64,000 bases of DNA from Lama glama (Eukaryota), in the NCBI GenBank assembly GCA_028534125.1, contig CM052817.1, forward strand, positions 41,604,001-41,668,000, in the 5' to 3' direction. Within the stretch, counting starts at the first letter, position 1. Every line of letters starts with the position of its first letter. Under the pieces are notes generated by a model that was given only the letters and a program-made list of their open reading frames with translations, searched no databases and was not told the origin of the DNA. Positions 12,371-24,899 of the stretch are shown in pieces. Both the position numbers and the translations under genes were made by a program.

Positions 12371-14269
12371 ACTCACCCAGACTGGGGTCTGACACCTTGT
12401 GTCAGACCATCACCTCTCCCATGAATACCCTCTTCTCACCCTTTTGGAACTGGGGACACCCTGCTCTGGCTCTCCCATCCCCATCCCCACACTGAGCAGA
12501 CTTCCACCTTGCTTGGCCCCACCTAATTGCTTAGAACTGGATTGTTTAGAAAGGGAAGAGACAACAATGGGAAGGAAAAGAGGAAGACTAAATATTAATT
12601 TTAAATAACAAATGGCCTCTGATCATCTTTTCTGCACAAAAGCCACCTGTAGGGGCACATTAGGAAACCATGTTCTTCACTCTTGTGAAGTCCTCATTTC
12701 TCTAAAATCTGATTTTCTTTAGATTCCATTTTCTTGGCTTCATGGGGTTCATATTGTCCAGGCATATAAACATAGCAAACACTTTAATGATTTTTGTACA
12801 TCATCTCATGGATATTTCATGCTATATTTACTTACGTAGTGCTATTGAAAACCTTGTATTTATATTTCCTTATGCTTGTTTTCCAATTTGAGGTCTCTCA
12901 TCAATGTTCAACGATTTTAGGAGATCGCACTGCCACACAGCATAAGGTCTGGCTCACTATATTTGGCAATAGTAGGACGTGGACCATTTTTGGAATATTT
13001 GGAAACATCTGGAAAACCTGAACTACAAAATAAGTTTCTATATCTCTGAAGTAGCAACAAGATTTTTTCCCATCAACTGTTGCAATCAGCTTCAGTGTTT
13101 AGTGGAAAAATTTTTAGAAAAACCTCTTATCAAATTAAGAAGCTATTTATACCATAAAAAGATCATCAAGATTATGATTTTCTTTCTAATTTCTTTATCA
13201 ACTTTTATTATTCTAATTTGCCTTAGTCAGGACTTATTTGTTATCCTGATTTGCTTCTGGTTACAGGATTCATTTAAACTTAGCAAACCATTAGGGAACC
13301 ATCTAACGTGGTTGGTACTTAAGTCTTTCTTCTGGAAACATGGTCAAAAATGACAGCTTGTATGTAGAGCTCTGTCTGGATAGGGGTTCTAGTAGAGTTG
13401 TCACCCGGTTGTGCCTAAAATACATAAATCATATTGTTAATCAGTCCAGGCCATGAAAATAACTAGCATTATATGAATTGTCTTCTTGCTTTAGTGTTGT
13501 AGCAAACAGAACTAAGAATGCTGTGGCCATGCAGACATGTCCCCCCCAACCCATATTCTTTTGGAGCAGAGATCATTCTAATCAGGAGCTTTGAGGCCCC
13601 AGGTTGTGACATTACTGAAAAATCTAGGATCAAAGCACTGTCCTAGGTTCATGCTTGTCTAGACTCTGCTGAACCCCATGGGTCACTGACTTTGCAGAAT
13701 TCCCAGGGAAGGGCTTTGCAAACACATGTTATTGCAGGGTAATAAGTCAAAAGGAATCCTATCTAGATTTCAAGTTTGTCAAATAGAAATATCTCAAGTT
13801 TGAGATTGGTTCAGACTAGTGGAACTAACTACCTGCCCAAGGTGAGTTTCATGAAAAGCTTCTTATCAGTTTGAAAACTATTTGATCTGCTTTTTTCCCC
13901 TTTCACATTATACTCTGAAAAAAGATTCAGTCCTTTTACTTATATTCAGGATAGTCTGTCATACTAATAGGCTCCTAGGGAGCTCCTATGGGAGCAAGTA
14001 TTCCCTAATATTGTATCGATAAGAGAGAAGACAGATACTAAAAGGGTTAGATAATATCTGTAATTGGAAAACATTAGTCATTGGGCATTTTCCATATTTG
14101 ATGACAAAAGAAACATGTTACTTGCTCTCTCATCTTCCCTTATAGGAAGTGATGACAAGAAATTTAGATCTGGGACTAGAGACAAGCTTTGATATTGCCT
14201 TTTCTCCATAGTAGTCAATTTCTTGTGCCAGAGAGAAAGAATACGTTGGACTCATCTTTCCTTAAACAG

Positions 14270-14680
14270 AGTTAGTAAAATTGTAAAGATCTTGAAATGA
14301 GTAAAACAAACAGAGTAGGGGGTCTTGAGTGGCTCACCCATCCACATTTTTTTCTGTTCTGGTGCTATTTTACAAATCTTTAAATTGGAGAAAACTAATA
14401 ATGCAAAATATTCTTGTCTACAAAGATGCAAATGAATTGTGCCCAGTGGCATGGAGCTGATAATTGCCCTGTATTGGGACCTGCTTTGCATCTATTTGCA
14501 AATTAATTTCAATTTTTCTTTTTCCCTATGTATGTTCTGCTCTTTGAATTCTCCTTTGAACTGCTCTGTAATATCTTACTAGTTCATGCTATAATTAATG
14601 GATTAAATAAAATCTTTGGCTCATTCATTTTATACAAGAGTTACAATTACATCCTTTTAAGAAAAACTAACTTGTAAACA
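14270..14680 (+). repeat. 5' LTR of the ancient ERV
   Basis: Aligns to 18491-18897, e.g. ataatgcaaaatattcttgtctacaaagatgcaaa vs ataatgcacatacttcttgtctgtataaatgcaaa, with ctgctctttgaat in both. AATAAA at 14606-14611. Ends in ...aaca. Confidence 0.8.
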
Positions 14681-14683
14681 TTT

Positions 14684-14695
14684 TAGAGGTTCCAC
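14684..14695 (+). other. Primer-binding site remnant (tRNA-Gln-like)
   Basis: tagaggttccac matches 11 of the first 12 nt of the PBS-Gln consensus TGGAGGTTCCACCGAGAT and lies 3 nt after the LTR end. Confidence 0.65.
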
Positions 14696-16279
14696 TTCCA
14701 TGCCCTGTGGATTCACCTGACAGTTGAGTAGACTGTGATCCCAGTGTTGTCCTCCCTCCTGGGCGACTTGAACTCTTTCTTTTCTTGGTTCCCAGAGGTA
14801 AATCTCCAGTAGCAAAATAACTTTAACTCTGCTGATTCTCTGTTTTTTTTTACATATTTTCCTGTTAACTATTTTTGCATTTTGTTTTTGTAACTTTTAC
14901 AATGGATAAATTATTCCCCATCGGTGACAGCAATGATTTGGAATTTGATTTTGCGGGTTAACCTTTGTGATCTCAGTAAATAGATTAATAGATTACCAAG
15001 ATGTATTCTTTCTTAAGTGAGAGATAACAGAGAATCTGACTTGTTAGTTTTTTTCCCTTTATTTGTCTGCTTGTTTATTTTGAAGAAACTAAGAATCTCA
15101 TGCCCATTAGGAAAAAGGACAACTTTTTGATATATGGACTGATAACTTTTTTGTGTTTACTTCTGGTCTGCAGCTAATGTTTAGATCTGAAGCTGTAAGC
15201 TCCTTATGTGTCTCTGTGTATATATGCTTAGAATTCAGACAGGCCTTTACGTGTTTAAGTATGAGCATATAATATCTTCCTATCTTTGGAGGGAACTACT
15301 TATACATTAGATTTAAATGTCTACTAAATTGAAACTCTGTTCTGATTGGCCTATACAGTTCTTATATAAATGAGTTCTTATGCAAGTCAAATATTTATAA
15401 AATTCCAGGAAAATGTGGAAATTTAAGTTTTGATATGTTAAACATGATATATTTAAAAAGTTAGTCTCACAGAAATGTTTTAAAAATGTAATGTCATATA
15501 ATTGAAATAAATATTTGGTAAATCAGACTAGTGTAATACTTTTGGTTGAATACAAACAGCTTGTCCTCTGATTTATCAGTGTTAGGTATAACATAAGCAT
15601 ACATTTTATTCTACTGTACTTGGGTGTACTTGTCTTTAACTTATTGAGATATACTGATCAAATGAGCTAACATTACTCCTACACAATATTCAAGATAATG
15701 AGAAATGTAAACTTGTATTCAACAAAATTAAATCATTATTCTGATCACTTCATTTCAACAGTAATTTTATTATTTAGTATTTCAGCTTGAATATAATTCC
15801 CCAGATCTTTAGGTAACATAAAAACTTCGATGACCATTAGGTTGAATGACATAATGAATACTTATTTGATATCTAGATAGTTTCTAACTAAGATAGAATA
15901 CTGAAAATTTGGTGCCTAATTATTAGGCTTAATTTTAAGTTTATATACTTTTACTTATATCCTGTGGAAAGTTTGTATCTTGGGTCATGTTAATGAATCT
16001 GTTCATTTTGTCTCTTTAAAAAGCTGTATGTGTAGCTGTAGAAAGCTGCAGCATAAACTTTTGTCTCTTAAACTGCTTTTGGAAGAGAGATAGTTCTTAG
16101 TTATCTACCTCTAGTTTTTGCTATGAAACAGAAGTTACTTTGATTAAAAAATCACAATTAATGACTAGGTGAGACCACATATAAGCAACAGGGACAGACT
16201 AATACCACTAATTGTTTTTGTGTTTCAAAGAGAAAGCAGTTTATCACATAGTGGAGGTTTTATAACAGTATTTGGTAGT

Positions 16280-16425
16280 AATTAAATATACATTTATATA
16301 TATTTATAATCTACATATAATTTTATATGTTTATAATTTATATAATTACTATTGTATGCTGCATAATTATAGATACTATATACTATAAATAACTATGTAT
16401 TATATATGTGTGTATATATATTTAT
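16280..16425. repeat. AT-rich low-complexity / degenerate (TA)n tract
   Basis: Nearly all A/T with many TATA units. Confidence 0.7.
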
Positions 16426-16464
16426 AAAAGTGCTTTTCAGGCTTCTGTTTTTCTTTTTTTGTTC

Positions 16465-16695
16465 TATCTCAGAATCCCTGTTAAATCTTGGGTCTTACGG
16501 AGGACTCCAAAGAACTTTTATGTGAATTATAATTATCAATATTTACCATATTGGAAGTGGAAATTGAGAAAATTTAAAATATTAATTCATTTAACCATAG
16601 CAATGATGAATACACATTGAAAGGTTAACAGAAATAACATCTTAGTATGAATATAAAAATTATTTTGAGTTCATGGATCCCCTGAGAATTGCTCT
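16465..16695. mobile_element. Charlie1-like hAT DNA transposon fragment nested in the ERV
   Basis: gaggactccaaagaacttttatgtgaattataattatcaatatttaccatattggaag resembles Charlie1 (gaggaccccaaagagcttttgtttatgtgggttatatctatc). Ends catggatcccctgaga. Confidence 0.6.
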
Positions 16696-18472
16696 GATAC
16701 AATAAAAAAGCAAAATGAAGGACAAAATTTGGAAGTAAATTTTACTTGCCTTGGTTTATAGTACCTGAGTCTGAAAAGATGTGATGAAATCTGCTAAAAT
16801 TTTAGTAACGTTTGCCTTATCTTGAAAGGCTTGCTTTCTTGGCTTACTGGTTAAGTCCCTTGCTTCCCATATGAAAGGGATTTCCTTTTTTTTCTTTTTT
16901 TAAACCTTCTGTGTAATCTGTTTAGGTGCCAAATATTCTGTGTCTTACGAGAATAATTTTCTGTCCTTTGTGTTGAATTTATTACATCCTTGATTGTTTA
17001 AGAAAGAGAATAAATAAATGAAAGAGAGCAAAGAACAAAATTCCTCACTTATAAAGGGCTAAGATTTTTTACTATCATGTTACTGTAAGGTTTATTTTAA
17101 ACATTTTAAATTGTTTTAAATGTTCCTTTAATTAACTAGTTAACTCAGCATTATTTTTGTAGCACCCTGATCCTATCTTATCAAGGATTCAAATATCCTC
17201 AGACAATTGTCCCCTGATTTTTCCCATTCCATAATTGGATCTTAAGTACAGAAAGAATTAAACTTTTTTGTTTTCTGCATTATTCTTACTATGAACCCAT
17301 GTCAAACTATTCACATTTGAAAATTATTAGTTTTACCACTCAGCCATTTTAAGTCCCTATCACCTACAGATAGCATTGTTTCCCTCGGATGCTTCCCTGG
17401 AATCTCTCTTACAAGTTACAGATGAGAATCTGTGTCTTCAACTAAGAATAAAAGTCTCAGAATCTTGTAGAAAAGGACTATATCAGGTACTTCAGTTATT
17501 GACAATTCAAAGACGAGCTGACATAGATTAGACAACTTTCAGATTGTACCGTGGATGGACTGAGTCAGGATTTCCAGGTCTTGTTTTAGGCTGAACAAGA
17601 AGACTGAATACGACAGCTAACCCAGGATCCAGTGGGGCAGGAATCAATTATAATAGGACTGAATGAACTAATAAGAGAAACTGATTGTGGTTATTTGTCT
17701 GGAATATTGTTGATATTCTTTTAAGGTTCTCTTTTCCAGATATATAAGAACCACCCTATCTCTTCCCTGCTAAGCAATGTGTAGCCCATAGCAACTTAGT
17801 AAAGCCTGCTTCTGTAAACTGAAGTGAAACATTTTAAAATGATAACTGATTCTCACTTTTTCCCCTAGGACTCAGAAATTTATATAGTCTCCTTACTTTC
17901 TATGCTTGTTTACTTATTTGCATAGGTTCAATAAGACTCTGCCATGTACATCATACAGTTGGACAAATTGTAAACCAGGGCCTTGCATGGACTGTCATAT
18001 TTGCCAACAAGTAGGAACAGCCACTCTTCAGGGATTAAGTGTGACTTTACTTAATACTTGCCTGCAAAGTCCTGACTTACTTCTTGGCTTAAAAAGTTCA
18101 AGAATATTATATATTATATGTAACTAACTTTAGAATACTTGGGAGACCTTGAGAAGAGAGGAATTTACCCCAATTTATAGATATTTTAGGGGAAACATGG
18201 TGGAGAGTGTTCCTTGGGCTTGGTCTCCTACCTTCAGGTCTATAAATAAAAGAGGATTTAAAAAATCCAATTTAAGGTTCCTTATGAAAACTCCCAGGCA
18301 CAATTTAATTTAGCATTTGTTCAAAATTGTGCAGATTTAGAGTTTACAAAGGAAACTTAAGGTGTCCTATGTGGTAAAATAACACTTTTACTGCATCTAT
18401 GTGAAAAAAAAATCAGGCAACTCTAATGAGATCAGCTTTTTAAGAATAATCTTTCTTTGAAAGTATTACAAT

Positions 18473-18489
18473 AAAAAGAGAGGAGGAGA
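18473..18489 (+). other. Polypurine tract of the ERV
   Basis: aaaaagagaggaggaga lies immediately before the TG start of the 3' LTR. Confidence 0.75.
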
Positions 18490-18490
18490 C

Positions 18491-18897
18491 TGTCAGGGAA
18501 AACTGTGAGAGATTTTGAAATGGGCAAAAATCAAATAGCGGCTATCTTGACTACTCACTCATCTACGTTTTCTCATCTTTGACTGACATCACAACTCTAA
18601 GTTGTAATAATCTGATAATGCACATACTTCTTGTCTGTATAAATGCAAAGCAGTTCTGTTTGATGCAAGGCAACTGATTTTTGCATTGATTTTGATAGAC
18701 CAGTTTTGCTTTTATTTATAAATTCATTTCATAATCTCCTATTCCCTTTTCATGTCTCTGCTCTTTGAATCCTTGGAACCAATAGTAACATCATATGGGT
18801 CCCTTGTTAATTAATGAATTAAAAATCTCTGACACGTTCATTTTGTATCTGTATGAAAACCATGATTCTACCTTCTTTTAAAAATTACTCTTTAACA
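18491..18897 (+). repeat. 3' LTR of the ancient ERV
   Basis: TG...CA termini (tgtcaggg...tttaaca), 407 bp, collinear with 14270-14680. Confidence 0.8.
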
Positions 18898-19149
18898 ATA
18901 GATAACAAGGGTGCTAAAAACAATCTCACATACACAACAATAAGAACAACAAACAATGCAGTTAGTTGAGAAAATTCAGCACTCAGGAAACTGACTTCAA
19001 ATTCACAGCACTGTAAGGAGTTGTTAAAAGACTTCCACCTGAAGTCACTACTAGGTGCCAGGAGAGGTGGGACTCTAAGCCAAATATAAAATATGAGTAA
19101 AGCAAGACAATGAGATAAGATCATTGATTATAAACTACTGAAAAATAAT

Positions 19150-20150
19150 AACTGATGGAACAAAGTAAAAAGACTCTAACCTTACTCTATAAAATCTAAT
19201 ACAATATAGAGTTAAATGTATAAAGGAAACCATAAACCAACCCAAAAGAAAATATTGGCAAATATTTGTCCATTCTTAGTATGGGAATCTTTTAAAACAC
19301 AGAAACAATGGAAGAAATCAGAAAAGGAAATCAATAGTTAGGACTATGTAAAAATTTAAAACTTGCATGTTAAAAAATTCTAAATGTTAAAAGATAGGTA
19401 TCTAAATCATCACATGTCACTGAAAATGAGAGCCAAAGGTTTTCTACTTTTTTGTATATAGAATACTTACAATTTAATGGGAAAAAAACCCTACTAAAAC
19501 TCTATAGAAATGTGTGTAGAGAGCAGTAACAATTCCTGAAGAAGAAATACAAAAACATGCATGTGAAGGAAATGTTCATCCTTAATGATAATCAAAAATA
19601 AAAATGAAAATGACTCCAATAAATTTGAATTACAAAATTAAAATTTTAAAAATATGCAAAATAAATAGAGCATAGTGAATGGGCAGTCATAAGCAGTTCA
19701 GGTATAATTAAACATTTATAATTTCTAACTGCAAACTGATTTGACAATATCTCTCTAAAACTTTCCAACGTATATATTTTTTGACTAAGCAATTTCCTTT
19801 TTAGGAGTCCACCTTAAGGAAAAAAATCAAAAGCTTGTTATAGAAAGTTGTTATTTAAACATGAGGGGAAAAACTGAAAACAACCCAAATGCCCATCAGT
19901 GGGAAATTCTTATATTAATTATGATTGCTTTATAGGATAGAATATTATTTACATTGTTTCACAGCTTGCTATTTCCACTTAATAGTGTATCTTAAACATC
20001 TATTCATACTAGCCCATCAACTTCAGTAACTACAGCTTTAACTACTTTTAAAAACTGCTGCATACTATTTCACCGTGTTGAGGTATCACAATTTATTTAG
20101 TCATTGCCCTGTCATGGATATGTAATTTCCAGTTTTTAACTACTGTAGTG
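19150..20150. mobile_element. Decayed L1M fragments (plus strand to about 19940, minus strand about 19950-20150)
   Basis: aaactgaaaacaacccaaatgcccatcagtggg on the plus strand. ttgctatttccacttaatagtgtatcttaaacatctattcat is a reverse L1ME 3' motif. Confidence 0.55.
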
Positions 20151-20364
20151 AAAAGTGATATTCTTTTAGAACTTTCATTGTTTCTAAGTTGATACACCAC
20201 CAAGAAGCAATGTTTATTCACTGAGCACCTATTCAGTGGCACATTAAACACACTGTCTTATTTATCATCACAATAAACTTGTGTAAAATGGTTGTTTTTA
20301 CAGATTTAATAGATGAGAAAATAGAGGTAGAGAAGAGCTCCAAAGGGGTTAAATAATTGCCCAT

Positions 20365-20610
20365 TGGGATTTCAGAATTTGCAGATACTAACTCCTATAC
20401 GTAAAACAGATTTAAAAACGAGGTCTTACTGTATAGCACAGGGAACTATATTCAATACCTTGTAATAGCCGATAATTAAAAAGAATATGAAAAGGAATTT
20501 ATATTTGTAGAACTGAATCACTATGCTGTACATCAGAAACTAACACAACATTGTAAATTGACTATACTTCAATAAAAAAAAATAAAAAATAGAAAAACAG
20601 AACAAAAACA
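20365..20610 (+). mobile_element. 5'-truncated L1 3' UTR inserted in a MIR
   Basis: ctgtatagcacagggaactatattcaatacc...gactatacttcaataaaaaa plus an A-rich tail. MIR core (agatgagaaaatagagg...ttaaataattgccca) on the left. Confidence 0.85.
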
Positions 20611-23600
20611 AAAACAAAAGACTCACCCAAAGCTGATACGATCTATTTAACTCCAACTCATTTTACCTGTTGCCTCTCTTAAAGAGCTCTTCCCTGCCTG
20701 AGCCCTGATGGCTATTCCCCACCCTTTCCTACTTGTCCTTTAGCCCCTTTCAACTGTTTCCAGATATTTTGGAGAGTCTTTAGGTCTTCAGTTCTCAAAT
20801 GGAATTCATTAAGAGACTAAGACAGATTTCTGAATATCCTAAAATATTATTATATTACTCTGCGTATGGCCCCAGGAGTGCATTTTCTTTTCTGAACAAA
20901 CCATGAGACTTATCAGATTTTTAAAATAAGTTGTTTCCCGAAAGGTTAAGAATCTATCCTCTGGAGCAGCCTCATGTGCTTGTGAGGTAGTTTTCTGGGT
21001 TACCAAGTTCGGGCTGCCTTTTGTTTGTTTGTTTTATTGTGCTTTTCACTCTTGAGGTCAAATCTATCACTGAGGCCACCAACGTTTCTGCTAACGATAT
21101 TCCAACCAGCAATAAGCATTTAAAAGCTGTCAACATGAGATTTTTCTCTTTTGCCAATGGACTTGATCACTGTCGATACTACTGTGTTCCATGTTCCAAT
21201 ATATTTCAACATCCCGCAATCTGCTTTGGGATTTCAACGCCTCAGAAACCGTAAGCATCTGCTGGGGTGGTGAATGGTTAAGAAGGAGTCATGGGAGTTG
21301 ACTACTTGTTCAACTGTAGTCATGCTGTCTTTGAATTAGAGATAATCCCTTAACTGTGGTCTTGCCCCTGCAATGACTCCATGTCTGACTCACGTGCTTC
21401 TGGTGCCTGCTTCTTTGTCATTAGTTATCAGGTCTTTGAAATCATGAAGGAAACAGTCATTTTGTTCTTATTTAATCCCTTCATTCAGCCAGGAAACTCA
21501 CCTTCCACTCTTTCCCATACTCTTTGTCCTGATTTGTGACAAATTTTGTGAAAAACAGTGTGAACTGGAACTAAAGCTCTCTTCCTCAAATTGCTCCATT
21601 CTCATTTCTGTATTGGTCCATTTTACTTTTGGCATGTGACCGGGCTGCCCTTCTAAGAAGCTTCAAACAGCAATTTAAAATACGTATTTTTCTTTTTACC
21701 ACAGATATTCAACTTGGATGGTGAAGAGTTGTCATTCACTTTTATTAGTAAGCATTGCTATACATATAATAATTTTAAATTATATATATACATATTTTTT
21801 TCTTTCCTCCTGCTTATCTTTTCTGTGCTATACCTCATATATGAGTCCAGCTATTGGACAGTTAACAACGGTGTGCTTATCTCTAGGGGTTTTTCCATAA
21901 TACTGCATATAAAATTAAAATCAGTTTTCCAGGTCAAGAAGAGGGCATAGCATTTAAGTTTCAGGACTTTTAATTCATAAAAGTCAAGCTCTGTTGTATA
22001 ACATTTAATGTATTCCTCAAGGCCATTGATTTTAGCAGTAGTTAGTTGAGTAAATACTTAATTTATATGTGGTAGAACTTCAGTTCAGGTAGACCAGGTG
22101 ATTGCCCAGGGGAGAAAATATTTAAAAGCTTCTTAGTTTGTGGGTGTTTTAGGGCTATAATCAACCAAACATTCAGTAATCTGGGCAGCAAAACCAGAAA
22201 GTTGGCAAGACCTTAGCTTTACTTAAGAACTGTGACTGTGCCACAGTTAAAAATTAACATTTACAGGAGCCCTTTGAGGAAAATTCAGAGCCAAAAAAGT
22301 GATGCTGGTGATTCAGTAAGTGTCCCCTGCCCCATTAATTCAAGTTTGTGAGGAGCTGAGGGGACACTGTTGGAGACTTTGAAGAAATCATAGCCTCTCT
22401 TAAACCTCTTCTATTCAGTATAGGTTCTTTTTAAAAAATGTCCAATGGGAAATATACCTGGGTTCTGTAAAAAGACAGGTTGTAAAACTGAGGACCTTCA
22501 CTGGGAGGGTGGAGCTTCACAAGATTAAATTTGAACCATCTGCAGAAAGGATGTAGGGATTTTATGGACCTCCATTTTGAGAAGGGCAATTTCTAGCCTG
22601 GGACAGGCTCCATTTGATTCTAACACAGTGAACCGGGAGCAGCATCAGGAGACAATTAACACCTTTCCTACTAATAGTAGCAAGTGCTTGGGTGGGGGTT
22701 GCTTGGGAAGAACAGAACAGAGGAGAGGGGAGCTGTAAGCAGGTACTGCTGGAATCGTCCTCTAAATTAAGCCAGCAAACAAGCAAAAACCCCCCAAAAC
22801 AGAAATATGTGTTTTCACTGGGAGAAGTTACTTTTAATTTTAAACATTGTTCATCTAGATATTCTTTTGCTCATAAAAAAAAGTAAAACTTGGTGCTTTT
22901 TTTGGCATCTGTATTATATACAATAATGACTAAATATTTATTTTTTAAAATAATAAAATACCAATGAGCCTAACACATCACAATTGCTCTGGACACCCAG
23001 AGTCAGCAATTCAAACTTCAGCAAAAACCCCCTGGGGTTAATTCACCTACCAAGGAGAGAAAAGAACCAGAGTCAATTACTCTGGTAAAAATAGCATTAG
23101 CTCTACATATGTTTCTAGCATCTAAGATCTTAAAACATTTTAAAGTTAACCTCAAAAGTTTCCAGGATTATTTCTGGTCCTACTATTCATTTCTTGAGCA
23201 AATATTTAATATTCAGTTTATTCATTCCATAGAGGTTTACTGAGCACCTACTATGTGCTAGCACTGGAAATACAATGGTAAAACAACCAGAAAGGGTTTC
23301 TGCCCCACGTTTCAGTTTACACTTTACAAGTCTTTGTCACATATGGTTCATATGAGCGTCTGGGCAAACCTACATGAAAAGGATTCTTAACGAGGCCATG
23401 ATAGCAAGAAAGGGTATTGCCACCTTCATTCTACCATGAGCCAAGGAAAAATAGCAGCGATTTATCAGCGGAAGCATCTATTGGGATCGTTGGTACTGTG
23501 GACATTACCCAGAAGTCCTTGGTATACGGTCTGTACTTCTAGTCTGCGCAGTCCCAGGAATCTGCAATTTAGACTCCTTGAAATTAAGATTGTTGGCTTA

Positions 23601-23669
23601 AAACTTGTTTTAGAGGAATGAACTTCGATTACTTTAGGAACATATGGTAAGGTGGAAAAACAGCTCATA

Positions 23670-23881
23670 ACTGGGAGTTCAAGATCTGCAAATATTAACT
23701 ATTATATATAAAATAGATAAAAAATTTCCTCTGTATATGCACAGGGAACTAAAATCAATATCTTGTAGTAACCTATAATGAAAAATAATATGAAAAGGAA
23801 TATATATGTATTTGTATGACTGAAACATGCTGTACACTGGAAATTGACACATTGTAACTGACTAAACTTCAATTAAAAAAA
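23670..23881 (+). mobile_element. 5'-truncated L1 3' UTR (camelid type)
   Basis: gggagttcaagatctgcaaatattaact...cacagggaact...gaaattgacacattgtaactgactaaacttcaattaaaaaaa. Confidence 0.85.
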
Positions 23882-24675
23882 TCACTGTGTAAAGCAGTGT
23901 ATATCAAATCCAGCTAATCTTTAAGCTTATCCAAAGAGACATTTAAAAATACAGATTCCTGGACCTTGCCACAGACTAATGTTGCAGTTTGAACCTCTAG
24001 GGGTGGAGCCTAGGGTTCTCCTGATTGGTTAGAAGAAGGGGAAATGCTTCATAGAATTGACAAAAATTGCTACTAATCAAAACATGGTAGACGAGCTGCT
24101 GATGAAGAGCTCATGTAAAAACAGTTTGCATTTCAAAGTAGCACATTTTTATGTTTGAACAATTGTCATTTTCAGACAGAGGAGACTGGATTGGGGAGCT
24201 TCTGTTTGTACAGTGAGGAGTATTGGTATGTAAAAAGAAAAGAAATGCATCCTGTTACGTCAGTGCACCATCTGCATTGCACATGACTTCCAAGTTCATG
24301 ACACTCAGGATGATCCAGCATCTCTCAGATCTCTGAACTTTTTTTTGTTTGTTTTTTTGCTTGTTTTGTTATTTCTCAAACAACTATATTCAAAGTGCAC
24401 TCCATTAGACACCAGAGTAACAGAAAGGAGCTTCTGTTCTACTGAATTTCATAGTTTTAATATAATTGATTTTCTTTTGCACACCAATGTTTAGCCAACA
24501 GAAAAATAATCTCCTTTCAAAATGGCTTATTCATCTTTGTACTTAGACATAACACAAATGGTATAGATTTTCACTGAACTGCGTAGAATGGCAAAGACTC
24601 ATTAGATTTGTCTTCCATACTTGGAATTCAATTCTCTCTCACAACTTCTCTGCTATCACTTTCCTTTCTGCACCT

Positions 24676-24851
24676 TGATCTCAACCCTGCTTGCACTTAA
24701 GAATCACCCAGGGAGCTTTTTAAAAAAGTATGGATGCCCAGGCCTTCCACCCAGGACAATTAAATCAGAATCTTTGTGGATGAGGCCAGGCATCTTATAC
24801 TCTAATACTTTCTGGGTGATTCTGCTGTCTGGCTCATGCTGAGAATCACTC
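24676..24851. mobile_element. MER5A (hAT-Charlie MITE)
   Basis: ctcaaccctgcttgcacttaagaatcacccagggagctttttaaaa...aaatcagaatct...ggtgattct...tgagaatcact. Confidence 0.8.
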
Positions 24852-24899
24852 TTTAGCCAGAATGAATTCCTCTTTCTTTCCATGCAGTCCCATGCTCTA

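Larger units (their letters stand above)
14270..18897 (+). mobile_element. Ancient ERV1-class (MER4-group-like) provirus with both LTRs and a non-coding internal region
   Basis: Two collinear direct repeats of about 410 bp, a PBS directly after the first, a PPT directly before the second, and a 4-bp TSD acag (14266-14269) / atag (18898-18901). Confidence 0.8.

Noticed and set aside
21128..21257. Minus-strand small ORF MLTVSEALKSQ...KRKISC
   Set aside because: 42 aa with no recognisable homology or supporting signals.
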